Of a stretch of 64,000 nucleotides of DNA, positions 31,173 to 39,953 are shown piece after piece. The notes below the pieces were generated by a model. It was given only the letters and a program-made list of their open reading frames with translations, ran no database searches and had not been told where the DNA came from. Numbering within the stretch: position 1 is the stretch's first letter; the number at the start of each line of letters is the position of its first letter. The position numbers were made by a program, and so were the translations under genes. Source of the DNA: a virus; IMG/VR virus record IMGVR_UViG_3300028394_000041, positions 102,606 through 166,605 of that record; one strand, 5' to 3'.

Positions 31173-31387
31173 TGAATTGTAAAGACTGAATATCTTCCTT
31201 TACCTAAGCATTGGTAATAGTACCTATACTTTTCTTCTCCGACTTTATGAACTCCAAAAACTTCATCTTTAAAATAATCCTTTAAACTAACTGTGTCGTG
31301 ATCTCCAACATGTTTTTTAATCCAAGTGGAAACTTCACCAACATTTCCTTCAAAGACTACTACTTTTCCATGACTTGTGTATTGCAT
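31169..31387 (-). CDS. Hypothetical protein
   Basis: 72 aa, coupled within the operon. Confidence 0.45.
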   Translation of the reverse strand: MQYTSHGKVVVFEGNVGEVSTWIKKHVGDHDTVSLKDYFKDEVFGVHKVGEEKYRYYYQCLGKGRYSVFTIQ

Positions 31388-31626
31388 TTTTCTATTCCAC
31401 TTGCTGTTTGTATATCTAAATTGTTTTTAGTTTGTTTAGCTATTATTGATCCTATCATACTTAATATAAGAACACAAGCAAAAATTAAAGCATAATGAGT
31501 TTTTTCTTGAGCTTTCTTTTTAGCTCTATATTGATGAAAATTAGTTATAAAAGCTTCTGTGTCTCTTTTTGAGGGAAGACTCTTTTCATAACTACTTAAT
31601 AATAAGTTTCTCATGTGATTATCCAT
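31360..31626 (-). CDS. Single-TM hypothetical protein (anti-sigma-like architecture)
   Basis: Cytoplasmic N-terminus, one TM helix. Confidence 0.45.
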   Translation of the reverse strand: MDNHMRNLLLSSYEKSLPSKRDTEAFITNFHQYRAKKKAQEKTHYALIFACVLILSMIGSIIAKQTKNNLDIQTASGIEKCNTQVMEK

Positions 31627-31635
31627 TACTTTATT

Positions 31636-32295
31636 CTATCTGGCTTTTGTGTCAGATTCTAATATTACACTACCATCTGTTCTTAACAGATTTCTTGTGC
31701 TTCCATGTGGATTTTTAATTGTTTTATCTAACGCACTACTAGAATGATTAGTAAAAGCTTTAGTAAAATCAACTAAGAAATAATCATTTGTATCCAATGC
31801 TAATATTTTTTTAGAATTTTCTATACCATATTCACCACCTGCTCCTCCAAAACAAGATCCTCTTTTCCAAATAGTAGGATGTTGTTCGTTGTGTGCAGGA
31901 CAACTAAATACTGTATTTGCTTTCTTTTTTTTACCTGTATATGTAACAGGAATATAGTTAGTGAGATAATATTCTATGTTAGATTTATCAACTACATTTT
32001 GAGTTGTGCCACCAAATCTACTATCGCTAATGAATGTATTAATTGTTTGACCATCTGGACCTGGAGGCAACCAGCCATCATTTTCTGCTGCAAATAACAA
32101 AATACTTGTACCAACTTGTTTCATGTTTGAAGAACAAGCAGCTTGAGATGATTTACGTTTGACTGCGCCAAAAGCAGAGAACGATAAGCTCATTACAAAT
32201 GCCATTATAACTATTACAACTGCCATTTCAACTAATGTAAAACCAAAAATTTTTAATAGTCTTGGATGTTTTAAAAGCGTGTTGGGAGTTTGCAT
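31636..32295 (-). CDS. Prepilin-type N-terminal cleavage/methylation protein (PVC-type pseudopilin, H-X9-DG)
   Basis: GFTLVEMAVVIVI...ACSSNMKQVG...ENDGWLP; C-terminal PHGSTRNLLRTDGSV. Confidence 0.85.
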   Translation of the reverse strand: MQTPNTLLKHPRLLKIFGFTLVEMAVVIVIMAFVMSLSFSAFGAVKRKSSQAACSSNMKQVGTSILLFAAENDGWLPPGPDGQTINTFISDSRFGGTTQNVVDKSNIEYYLTNYIPVTYTGKKKKANTVFSCPAHNEQHPTIWKRGSCFGGAGGEYGIENSKKILALDTNDYFLVDFTKAFTNHSSSALDKTIKNPHGSTRNLLRTDGSVILESDTKAR

Positions 32296-34751
32296 TTGTT
32301 TCTCCTCACAATTCTAAGACCTATTAAAACACTAGCACCACCTAATAGAAGTGATAATGTAGAAGGTTCTGGAATAACATTTACTACTCCATCTGTGGTA
32401 AAACTATTAGCGTCCCATTTCAAATTTGAATTAGCAGTATCTAAATTAGGTAATGCTGCTAGTAATGTATTTACATCAAATGCAGATGCTTCGATTGACG
32501 CAAAATTAAATAAATCGTAACTATCATTCATTTGAAATGAGTAATTATCTAATGTTTCAAATGTCCATGATGTACTAGCTCCTAAAGTTAGTAAAGTGCT
32601 TACATTAATAGCATCATAGGTAGTACCTCTGGTAGTTGGTGCGCCTAATTGGAATTGGAATGTTCCATTACTTCCATTCAACTCATAAGCAGTTAGCAGA
32701 CCAGGACTATTGCCAGGGGCCACAGTACCACCATTTAAAGTCAAACCTTGCACACTACCAGAGCCACCTAATGTACCTCCTGTATTTACTAAAACATCTC
32801 CTGCGTTTCCATTTACGGATAACAAACTTCCATTGATAGTAGTACTACCAATAGTACCACCAGAATTAACCGTAGCTGTACCAGAATTAAATACAACAGT
32901 ACCAGCTGTTCCTTCTACTAACAACGTTCCTCCACCTACAGTACTAGTACCCAATAGACTGCCTCCTGATTTTACGTTGAGTCTGCCCCCTGTGTTAACT
33001 GTGGACACGCCAGTATTTCCATATACATCTAATGTACTACCATTAACAGTTGTGATACCAGAATTACCACCCAAATTCACTGTAGCTGTACCAGAATTAA
33101 TAACAGTCTGAGCCACTGATCCACCCACAATCAAAGTACCACCATTAACAGTAGCTTTAGAAGAAGTACCACCTGTTTTCACATCAAAAGTACTGCCTGT
33201 GGCAATTGTTGTTTCACCTACTATGCCACTATTGAGTAAACTCCCTCCTGTGAGAGTCGAGTTTCCAAGTAGCCCGCCACTATACACTGTGGCTGTTCCT
33301 GCAGACATAGAGAATGTACTGCCAGTTCCTCTCAAGTCCAAGGTGCCTCCTCCTTGTGTTATGGTACCTGCTGTGCCATTCATGTTCACCACAGTACTCA
33401 CTCCGATGGAAGTGTTGCCAATGATGCCACCACTATCCACTGTCAAGATGCCACTGTTAGCAGCTACTGTGCCAGCTGTGCCTTTGACACGCAGAGTGCC
33501 TCCTGCCACAACAGCAGCACTAGAAGCAATCGAGCCAGCAGTATCCACGACAAACGTCCCTTCTTGTATAGTAGTATCACCATTGTAAGCGTTAACTGCT
33601 TGAAAAGTTGCTGTGCCAGTGCCTGTTTTGGTTAATCCTCTGAGTGCAGTAGCTGTATTGAACAGTGATCCTTTGAATAGAAAATCACCCACACCACCCA
33701 GAAGACAAGTATCTGCAGTGGTGCCCCCAATGTCCATCGTACCATCAAACTGCACAGTTAAATTAGTGCTGTTGTTGAACAATCTTCTGCCACCGCTTGT
33801 GCCTGTGGATGGAGTTAATATGCTTGCACTATTAGTAAATTGTAATATTGTTTTATATCCACCATGATTGGTGAAAGTCATGTTGCCTCCTTGATATTGG
33901 TTCACAGCATAAGTGGTAGTGGCAACAGAATTAGATCCTGCTAGATCCACAGTGCTCATGTTGGCTAGACTGCTGGACCCTTTAAAACTATTCTGAACAG
34001 ATAATCCTGTGGTCGAATTGACTATTAGTTTTGAGTTACCATTTGACATGGTTACTACGCCTTGACCTACACCAGTGGTACCATTCACAATGACCGTGCC
34101 TCCACCTGTTATTTCAAAACCACCAGCCAGTGTGTTGGTACCATTCATGGTGACAGTTCCTGCTCCTATGTGTTTAACTATACCAGCAGTGGACAGACCT
34201 CCTTGTTTCAATTCATTGTTGAATGTAAATGATCCATCTCCTGCCAGAGTTAATGTTCTGGATGTGCTAGAAGAAGCAGTGGTAAGAGAAGCTACATTGT
34301 TAAATACCAAACCACCTCCTGCAGTTTGAAACCATGTGTTACTATTATTGGCGTTCTCCACTAATATGTTGAATGTTTGAATGGCAGTAGAATTGTTAGT
34401 AATGCCACCACTAGATGATAATGTCTGTGCGCCATTAAAACTATTAATTAAATATGGATTTGCATTGGTTGAAAATGTTATATTTTTTGCAGCTCTAGTG
34501 GAAGTCAAGATGACGGTGTTATTATTGACTCCATAATTGCCAAATGTAATTTCATCTGTGGTAGTGCTTGAGCTAGTTGATGAAGGTTGAATTCCATTTG
34601 TCCAACTCGTTGGTGATGTCCAGTTTGACCCAGTATTGTTCCAAAGAAATACTACTGCATGAGATTCTTGGACAGCTCCAGACATTAAAAAAGCCGCAAT
34701 TAATTTTGCGGCTGTGTTTTTTAGTACCTTTTTTAATAGGTTATTTTTCAT
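32271..34751 (-). CDS. PEP-CTERM surface protein with autotransporter-associated beta-strand repeats
   Basis: Signal peptide; GLTKTGTGTATFQAVNAYNGDTTIQEG repeat; VAPGNSPG; C-terminal VIPEPSTLSLLLGG...RIVRR. Confidence 0.9.
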   Translation of the reverse strand: MKNNLLKKVLKNTAAKLIAAFLMSGAVQESHAVVFLWNNTGSNWTSPTSWTNGIQPSSTSSSTTTDEITFGNYGVNNNTVILTSTRAAKNITFSTNANPYLINSFNGAQTLSSSGGITNNSTAIQTFNILVENANNSNTWFQTAGGGLVFNNVASLTTASSSTSRTLTLAGDGSFTFNNELKQGGLSTAGIVKHIGAGTVTMNGTNTLAGGFEITGGGTVIVNGTTGVGQGVVTMSNGNSKLIVNSTTGLSVQNSFKGSSSLANMSTVDLAGSNSVATTTYAVNQYQGGNMTFTNHGGYKTILQFTNSASILTPSTGTSGGRRLFNNSTNLTVQFDGTMDIGGTTADTCLLGGVGDFLFKGSLFNTATALRGLTKTGTGTATFQAVNAYNGDTTIQEGTFVVDTAGSIASSAAVVAGGTLRVKGTAGTVAANSGILTVDSGGIIGNTSIGVSTVVNMNGTAGTITQGGGTLDLRGTGSTFSMSAGTATVYSGGLLGNSTLTGGSLLNSGIVGETTIATGSTFDVKTGGTSSKATVNGGTLIVGGSVAQTVINSGTATVNLGGNSGITTVNGSTLDVYGNTGVSTVNTGGRLNVKSGGSLLGTSTVGGGTLLVEGTAGTVVFNSGTATVNSGGTIGSTTINGSLLSVNGNAGDVLVNTGGTLGGSGSVQGLTLNGGTVAPGNSPGLLTAYELNGSNGTFQFQLGAPTTRGTTYDAINVSTLLTLGASTSWTFETLDNYSFQMNDSYDLFNFASIEASAFDVNTLLAALPNLDTANSNLKWDANSFTTDGVVNVIPEPSTLSLLLGGASVLIGLRIVRRNKCKLPTRF

Positions 34752-34862
34752 ATATAGTTACTCCTTTTTGTATTCCTCTAAATAGATAGACATTTGATGG
34801 TTATTTTTGTTCATTTTATTTTTCATATAAGGTCTTATTTTATTATTATATAATACTTTTGA

Positions 34863-35240
34863 TTAAAGTCCAGCTTTATTTTTTTCATATGAAGCTTCAA
34901 AAACTTTATTCTTTTTATTTAAAATTCTAAAAGCGGCTTTAGATTCTTCTTTGATATCTTCATCGCTTACAATCCAATATTTACAAATTGCTTCTGCTTC
35001 AATTGGTCCTTCAATTAATTCACATCTTGGAGATTCTCCTTCGAGATAATAAAATGCACAATTTTCACAATCTATTCCTTTTTCTTTAAATGGGTTTTGA
35101 GAGGCACTTGCATAGGCTACTCCATTTGCTCCAACGCTACGGTCAAAGTATCCGTAAGTATTTAAATTAACAATAATCTTCAAATAAAGATCTTTTTGCC
35201 TTTCGTTAAGTTTCGGAAAGATAAGTCCTTCATTTGGCAT
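34863..35240 (-). CDS. Protein with HiPIP-like 4-Cys motif
   Basis: CENCAFY...CELIEGPI...ICKYW. Confidence 0.55.
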   Translation of the reverse strand: MPNEGLIFPKLNERQKDLYLKIIVNLNTYGYFDRSVGANGVAYASASQNPFKEKGIDCENCAFYYLEGESPRCELIEGPIEAEAICKYWIVSDEDIKEESKAAFRILNKKNKVFEASYEKNKAGL

Positions 35241-35244
35241 AAAA

Positions 35245-36240
35245 TTATATTTTCTTTAATTGAATCTCTGTTTTACCAAGCATATCACCTTTTTTCCATG
35301 TCGCCCCATCATTTGTGCATTCGTATACAACTGCATATCCCATATCTTCTGGTAGATCACGAATTTCTTTGACTGTTCCTTCACTTCCATAATGCTTACA
35401 TTCTGCATTTACATTTCTAACTTTATCACCAACTTGAAACATTGTTGAGGCTATGCTTTGATCTTCTTTATTAAACATTACATAATTATGAATTGTGATC
35501 ATATAATCTTCAGCAAGCGCTGCCATTTGTTGTAAGAATGGTTCTGTTAGATTTTCTTTAACCATTGGGTCATTTAATTTATTTAAAATATTTTGTGCAT
35601 GAACTTGAATAGAAGTTATAGATCCGACTATCATTCCATAAAAATCTTCTTTATAATCTTGTAGTTCTTCTTCTGGGCTTTCAATTTCTTCAACATTATT
35701 TAATTCTGCAGTCATTAATTCATTTTGATCAAATTCTGTTTGTCCATCCCATTCGTATTGTTCGTTAGAGTAATCTTCTGCTTGAGCTTTTTTAAATGCA
35801 TCTTTAGTTGGACGATCTGGAGATCCTGGTTTTGCTGGTTTATAATTTTTACCCATTCTTTTTTTCTTTTGCTGAATGTTGTACCAAAGACCTTTGCTCT
35901 TTGCTTGAACGTCTATTTCAAAATTAATCTCTTCTTCGCTTCCAGTAATTTTACTAACTGGTTTTGCACTCCACATTTTGCAACTCCAATAATTGGCTTT
36001 ATATTTTGGACCAGGATTATCGCAACCGTGCCTTGCTCTATAAGCTTTTCGTCTTTCTGGGTTATCTCTTTTGATAGACATATTTGGATCGCCAAAAGTA
36101 ACTTTAACAATATTACCTTTATCATTTTTTACATAAACGCCGAATTTTTTTTTGCTACCAGAAGGTAATCTAAAAGGTTTATTTAAAGGTGCTTTACCTT
36201 TTTTTGCTGCTTGAATTTCGCTACTAAAATCAATTTCCAT
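35245..36240 (-). CDS. Multi-module basic head-associated protein
   Basis: KVTFGDPNM...RARHGCD...ANYWSCKMW module; GLWYNI module; C-terminal SH3-like VGDKVRNVN module. Confidence 0.55.
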   Translation of the reverse strand: MEIDFSSEIQAAKKGKAPLNKPFRLPSGSKKKFGVYVKNDKGNIVKVTFGDPNMSIKRDNPERRKAYRARHGCDNPGPKYKANYWSCKMWSAKPVSKITGSEEEINFEIDVQAKSKGLWYNIQQKKKRMGKNYKPAKPGSPDRPTKDAFKKAQAEDYSNEQYEWDGQTEFDQNELMTAELNNVEEIESPEEELQDYKEDFYGMIVGSITSIQVHAQNILNKLNDPMVKENLTEPFLQQMAALAEDYMITIHNYVMFNKEDQSIASTMFQVGDKVRNVNAECKHYGSEGTVKEIRDLPEDMGYAVVYECTNDGATWKKGDMLGKTEIQLKKI

Positions 36241-36417
36241 ATTGTTAAATATAATTACACTGTAAAATTAATAAATTTCTAATGTATCTTATAAGCTAGA
36301 CTATAAAAACGCTTGAAGTATTTGAATTAATAATGATTTTCTTTTTGCAATATAAACTCCCCTGCTGTTTTAAAAAAATATTTATATATATATAATATAA
36401 TTCGTGTAATAGTTAGT

Positions 36418-37581
36418 ATGCCAAAATGTTCAGCAACACCGATGAGTAGGCCAGCGGGTTGGAATTCTCTTAGTCTTCCAGCTAATCAAGCTCAAGTAGT
36501 TAAAACTGGTCAATCTCCAGGAAAGCCAGCTACAACTCATCAAGTTCCAAGCTGCGGTGTTATACAAATAAAACATAATACTACAGATAAAGTATTTATA
36601 TGTTCTACTGTAGATATCAAAAAAACTTTACAAGGATTTTATAATCAATTAGGTGGCGGTGGTGGCTGTGTTGTTAATCATCCAAAAGTAATTGATTGTT
36701 TTAATGGTGGTAATGGTACATCTAGCCCTATAAGAGTTTGTGGTGGTTTTCCAACTGCTGGTGGTAATTTTGTTGGTAATGGTGGATCAGTCCATTATAG
36801 CTTACCAGTATATAGTCCTATAAAATCTCCTGGACCAATAGCTTGTGGAGGAGCCTTTAATTATCAAGCTCCTTATTCCCAAGGCGGAGCGAGTAATGGT
36901 GTCACTACAACAAGACCATCTAGACCTTCCAACAAACAAAATTGGACTGTTGAATGGATGATAAGAAGAGATGCTAAAACTACTTCAATGACTGATTTAA
37001 GTAATTGGGAGATCGGTCTTAAAAATACTGTTCAACCAGCATTAAATGGAGATAAAGGCTCAAATGGAGCATACAATTTTTGTGGACCTAAAGTTCCTGG
37101 TGGCGGTGGAGGCACTTTTCCTGGTGGATTTTGTGGAACACCTGTTAAAAAAGGTGGTGGATTTTGTGGAACTCCTAACATCCCAAGAAGAGGAAACGGG
37201 AGTCCAGGAGGAGCTGGAACTATGGGATCTGGATGTGGTGGAGGATCAAGAAGCGGCCCTAGTAAATCTGCTATGTTTGAAGCAGAACATCCAATTAGAA
37301 AAGGCAATCCGTATGCTGATGTTTCAGGTGGAAGATCTCCTGTACCAGTTAAAACAAGAAATATTTTAAAATCCGTGCAAGTTTGTTCTGATGCCGATAG
37401 AAAAGTTTTTTATCCTAATCTTCCTAATCTTCCAAATTCAAATTATATACCAAAAAGTAATGATAGATCTTCATCTAGAAAATTTCCCGCTCCAGGCGGA
37501 GGTAATATTGCAGTTAATGGTTCTACTTTTCAAAACCGCGGATTGCCTGTTCAGATGAAAATGGCCGCCTCTCGCAGATAA
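36418..37581 (+). CDS. Gly/Pro/Cys-rich protein with a split, degenerate GIY-YIG-like core
   Basis: 387-aa ORF with its own GTGTAAT motif; GVIQIKHNTTDKVFICSTVDI and WEIGLKNTVQPALN segments. Confidence 0.6.
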   Translation: MPKCSATPMSRPAGWNSLSLPANQAQVVKTGQSPGKPATTHQVPSCGVIQIKHNTTDKVFICSTVDIKKTLQGFYNQLGGGGGCVVNHPKVIDCFNGGNGTSSPIRVCGGFPTAGGNFVGNGGSVHYSLPVYSPIKSPGPIACGGAFNYQAPYSQGGASNGVTTTRPSRPSNKQNWTVEWMIRRDAKTTSMTDLSNWEIGLKNTVQPALNGDKGSNGAYNFCGPKVPGGGGGTFPGGFCGTPVKKGGGFCGTPNIPRRGNGSPGGAGTMGSGCGGGSRSGPSKSAMFEAEHPIRKGNPYADVSGGRSPVPVKTRNILKSVQVCSDADRKVFYPNLPNLPNSNYIPKSNDRSSSRKFPAPGGGNIAVNGSTFQNRGLPVQMKMAASRR

Positions 37582-37600
37582 TCTACATTTTTAAAAAAAA

Positions 37601-38167
37601 TTAATATCTTTCCCAACCAATATATCTCGCACCAATACCACTCACGCTAACTTCTCCGTTATATCCTTTGTCATTTAACTCTCCGCCGTTTGCTTCGTTA
37701 TTAAATGTATTTCTTGCTAAAATAAAATTAAAAGAACTAGCACTTACATTTGGACCATATTTTACATATAGTGTTCCTGTTGATAAATTTTGTATATAAA
37801 GTTCTCTTCGATAGCTATTAGCTTGCATAATCGTTCCAGTTATTCCACTTGGGCCGTAATTACTAATATTCGAGCTTTGCTCTTGATAGGTTTGAACTCC
37901 ATCAAATTGTGGACTTAAGTCTGCTTGATAAACTACTAAACCTTTGTTGCCTAATGGGAAGTTATCTCCAGTATAAAAAAGCTTTGAATTAATTCCACTT
38001 AAAAGAGAATTGGTGCTATTTTCTCCTGTAGCTAAAGAAACTCTAAGTATTTGCTCTAAATCATCTATTTTTGTAAAATCTAAACCTTTATACCCTGTAA
38101 ATCCTGGTTCTTCAGTATAAACCATTGATACATTTTTATTAAATTCTGGATCTTGAATATTTGACAT
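37601..38167 (-). CDS. Hypothetical virion-associated protein
   Basis: ANSYRRELYIQNLSTGTLYVKYG beta-domain. Confidence 0.5.
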   Translation of the reverse strand: MSNIQDPEFNKNVSMVYTEEPGFTGYKGLDFTKIDDLEQILRVSLATGENSTNSLLSGINSKLFYTGDNFPLGNKGLVVYQADLSPQFDGVQTYQEQSSNISNYGPSGITGTIMQANSYRRELYIQNLSTGTLYVKYGPNVSASSFNFILARNTFNNEANGGELNDKGYNGEVSVSGIGARYIGWERY

Positions 38168-38214
38168 ATAATGATATTACACCTTAAATTAAAAATATAA
38201 AATGATATTTATAT

Positions 38215-38949
38215 CTACTTACTGTTATCTAACTCTTCAAATTTTTCAATAATATAAGCTAATATATCATTTCTCATGATATCGCTTGTGCCAAATTTAA
38301 ATGTTACTATCCCTTTGTTTTTACTTTTTTCATCATCAAAGAGCTGATATATTCTTTCGAATCCACTATTCTTAATATCTGACTGACGAATATCTCCAAT
38401 AAATATTAACTTGCTAAATTTACCCATTCTAGTGCTAACCAATAAAAGATCATGAATGCTTAAATTTTGCGCTTCGTCACATATGATATAACTAGCATTA
38501 ATACTAAGACCTCTTAAAAATCCTAATGGAAGACCTTTAACTCTTTCTTGCTTTAGTAATAATTCTGCTTGGCCTTTTGGTAAAAGTTCATGGAGCTTGT
38601 CCATTAAAGGTTGTAAATATGGATCTAATTTTTCATGAAGATCACCTTTTAAGAATCCTAGATTATGAGTGCTACTTTCAACAGGATTACGAATATAAAA
38701 TATTTCTCCAACTTTTTTATTATTAATTGCATGCAACGCGCAGTAAACGCTTAATAAACTTTTAGCTGTTCCTGCTGGGCCTTTGCAAAAAACCATTTTT
38801 GTGGATTTATCTTGCAATGTTTGAATAAATTTTATTTGATTCTCTGTCCAATTAAGGTCTCTAATATTCAGCGGTTGTTGAATTTTATCTCTTTGAGGAA
38901 CCACTGGAGACTTATCCTCTTTTTGTTCTTTTCTATGTTTTTTTGACAT
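38215..38949 (-). CDS. phoH: PhoH-family ATPase
   Basis: GPAGTAKS, LGFLKGDL, FLRGLS, DEAQN, GDIRQSD. Confidence 0.9.
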   Translation of the reverse strand: MSKKHRKEQKEDKSPVVPQRDKIQQPLNIRDLNWTENQIKFIQTLQDKSTKMVFCKGPAGTAKSLLSVYCALHAINNKKVGEIFYIRNPVESSTHNLGFLKGDLHEKLDPYLQPLMDKLHELLPKGQAELLLKQERVKGLPLGFLRGLSINASYIICDEAQNLSIHDLLLVSTRMGKFSKLIFIGDIRQSDIKNSGFERIYQLFDDEKSKNKGIVTFKFGTSDIMRNDILAYIIEKFEELDNSK

Positions 38950-39012
38950 GAGATCTCTATAAAAGATTACACCCGTATTGTCTTAATTTAAAATAAATTT
39001 ATTAAAGTCCTA

Positions 39013-39294
39013 TTAAACTAATGAGTAAGATTTTTTAAATTTTAAATTTAATTCAAAAGGATTAACGGTTTCACTATGATCAAATCTTTTAATAAAAGCC
39101 GCACCAATTTTTGGCATTTTAGCGAAGAACATTTTATTATTTATTTTTAATGTAACGTGAGAAGGCAATACAGAAACACTCATTAATTTACCTTTCATAT
39201 TTCTTTTTATTGCTCTAGCGATTGCACAGTTTTGAGGATTTGCCATTTCTCCTTCAAATATATTTTGTTGTGTTATTTTTATAGTTTTATTCAT
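39013..39294 (-). CDS. Hypothetical protein
   Basis: 93 aa, NPQNCAIARAI motif. Confidence 0.55.
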   Translation of the reverse strand: MNKTIKITQQNIFEGEMANPQNCAIARAIKRNMKGKLMSVSVLPSHVTLKINNKMFFAKMPKIGAAFIKRFDHSETVNPFELNLKFKKSYSLV

Positions 39295-39929
39295 TTTATT
39301 TCCTGTATTTTATAATCATAATTATCGCTATCTTCAGTAACCCATTTGGGGCTATTTTCAGCGGTATAAATATGAGAATTTATTTTTCTTTGCAACAATA
39401 ATTCATTTGTTTTTGTTGCGAAGCTTGGATCGAATACTTTAATTCTGTTGTTGGGTTGTATTGCGAAATTACCATTATCGAGTTTTATAACATGACCAGC
39501 TTTATGTTGATCTGGCTTTTGACTAAATCCAAAATTCAATTCATTATAATCACTATGCGCCCAATCGAGAGTGAATAAATAACGACCCATGTATTCTTTA
39601 CCACTTCTACCAGTATATTTAATTACTTTATTTTCTAATAGGTAAAAAGTTGTTACAGAAATGTGATAGCTAAAACTATCCCATAATTCTAATTCGTCTA
39701 ATTCCATATCTGGCGCATCTTCTTTAGAACAGAATGCGCTTATAGGAGCATGCCACCAAATTCCTCCGTCTTCCATAAGAAAATTAAAAAGAGGGACTTG
39801 ACTGGGAAGACTTGTGACACCAAAAATTAAACACTTATATTTTTTGTCAAAGCTGTCTTCTTGATTTCTTAAATAATTTCCTCTTACAAGAGCTTCAATC
39901 GGAGGAATATTTGCATTTAAAAAAGACAT
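39291..39929 (-). CDS. Conserved hypothetical phage protein
   Basis: FLNANIPP...LELWDSFSY...YLFTLDW...GNFAIQPNNRI. Confidence 0.65.
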   Translation of the reverse strand: MSFLNANIPPIEALVRGNYLRNQEDSFDKKYKCLIFGVTSLPSQVPLFNFLMEDGGIWWHAPISAFCSKEDAPDMELDELELWDSFSYHISVTTFYLLENKVIKYTGRSGKEYMGRYLFTLDWAHSDYNELNFGFSQKPDQHKAGHVIKLDNGNFAIQPNNRIKVFDPSFATKTNELLLQRKINSHIYTAENSPKWVTEDSDNYDYKIQEIK

Positions 39930-39953
39930 CGAATTGATTACGTGCTATTATGA

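Noticed and set aside
32290-34329. Several plus-strand ORFs (e.g. 32710..33111, 33199..33588)
   Set aside because: Shadow frames of the Gly/Thr-rich PEP-CTERM gene
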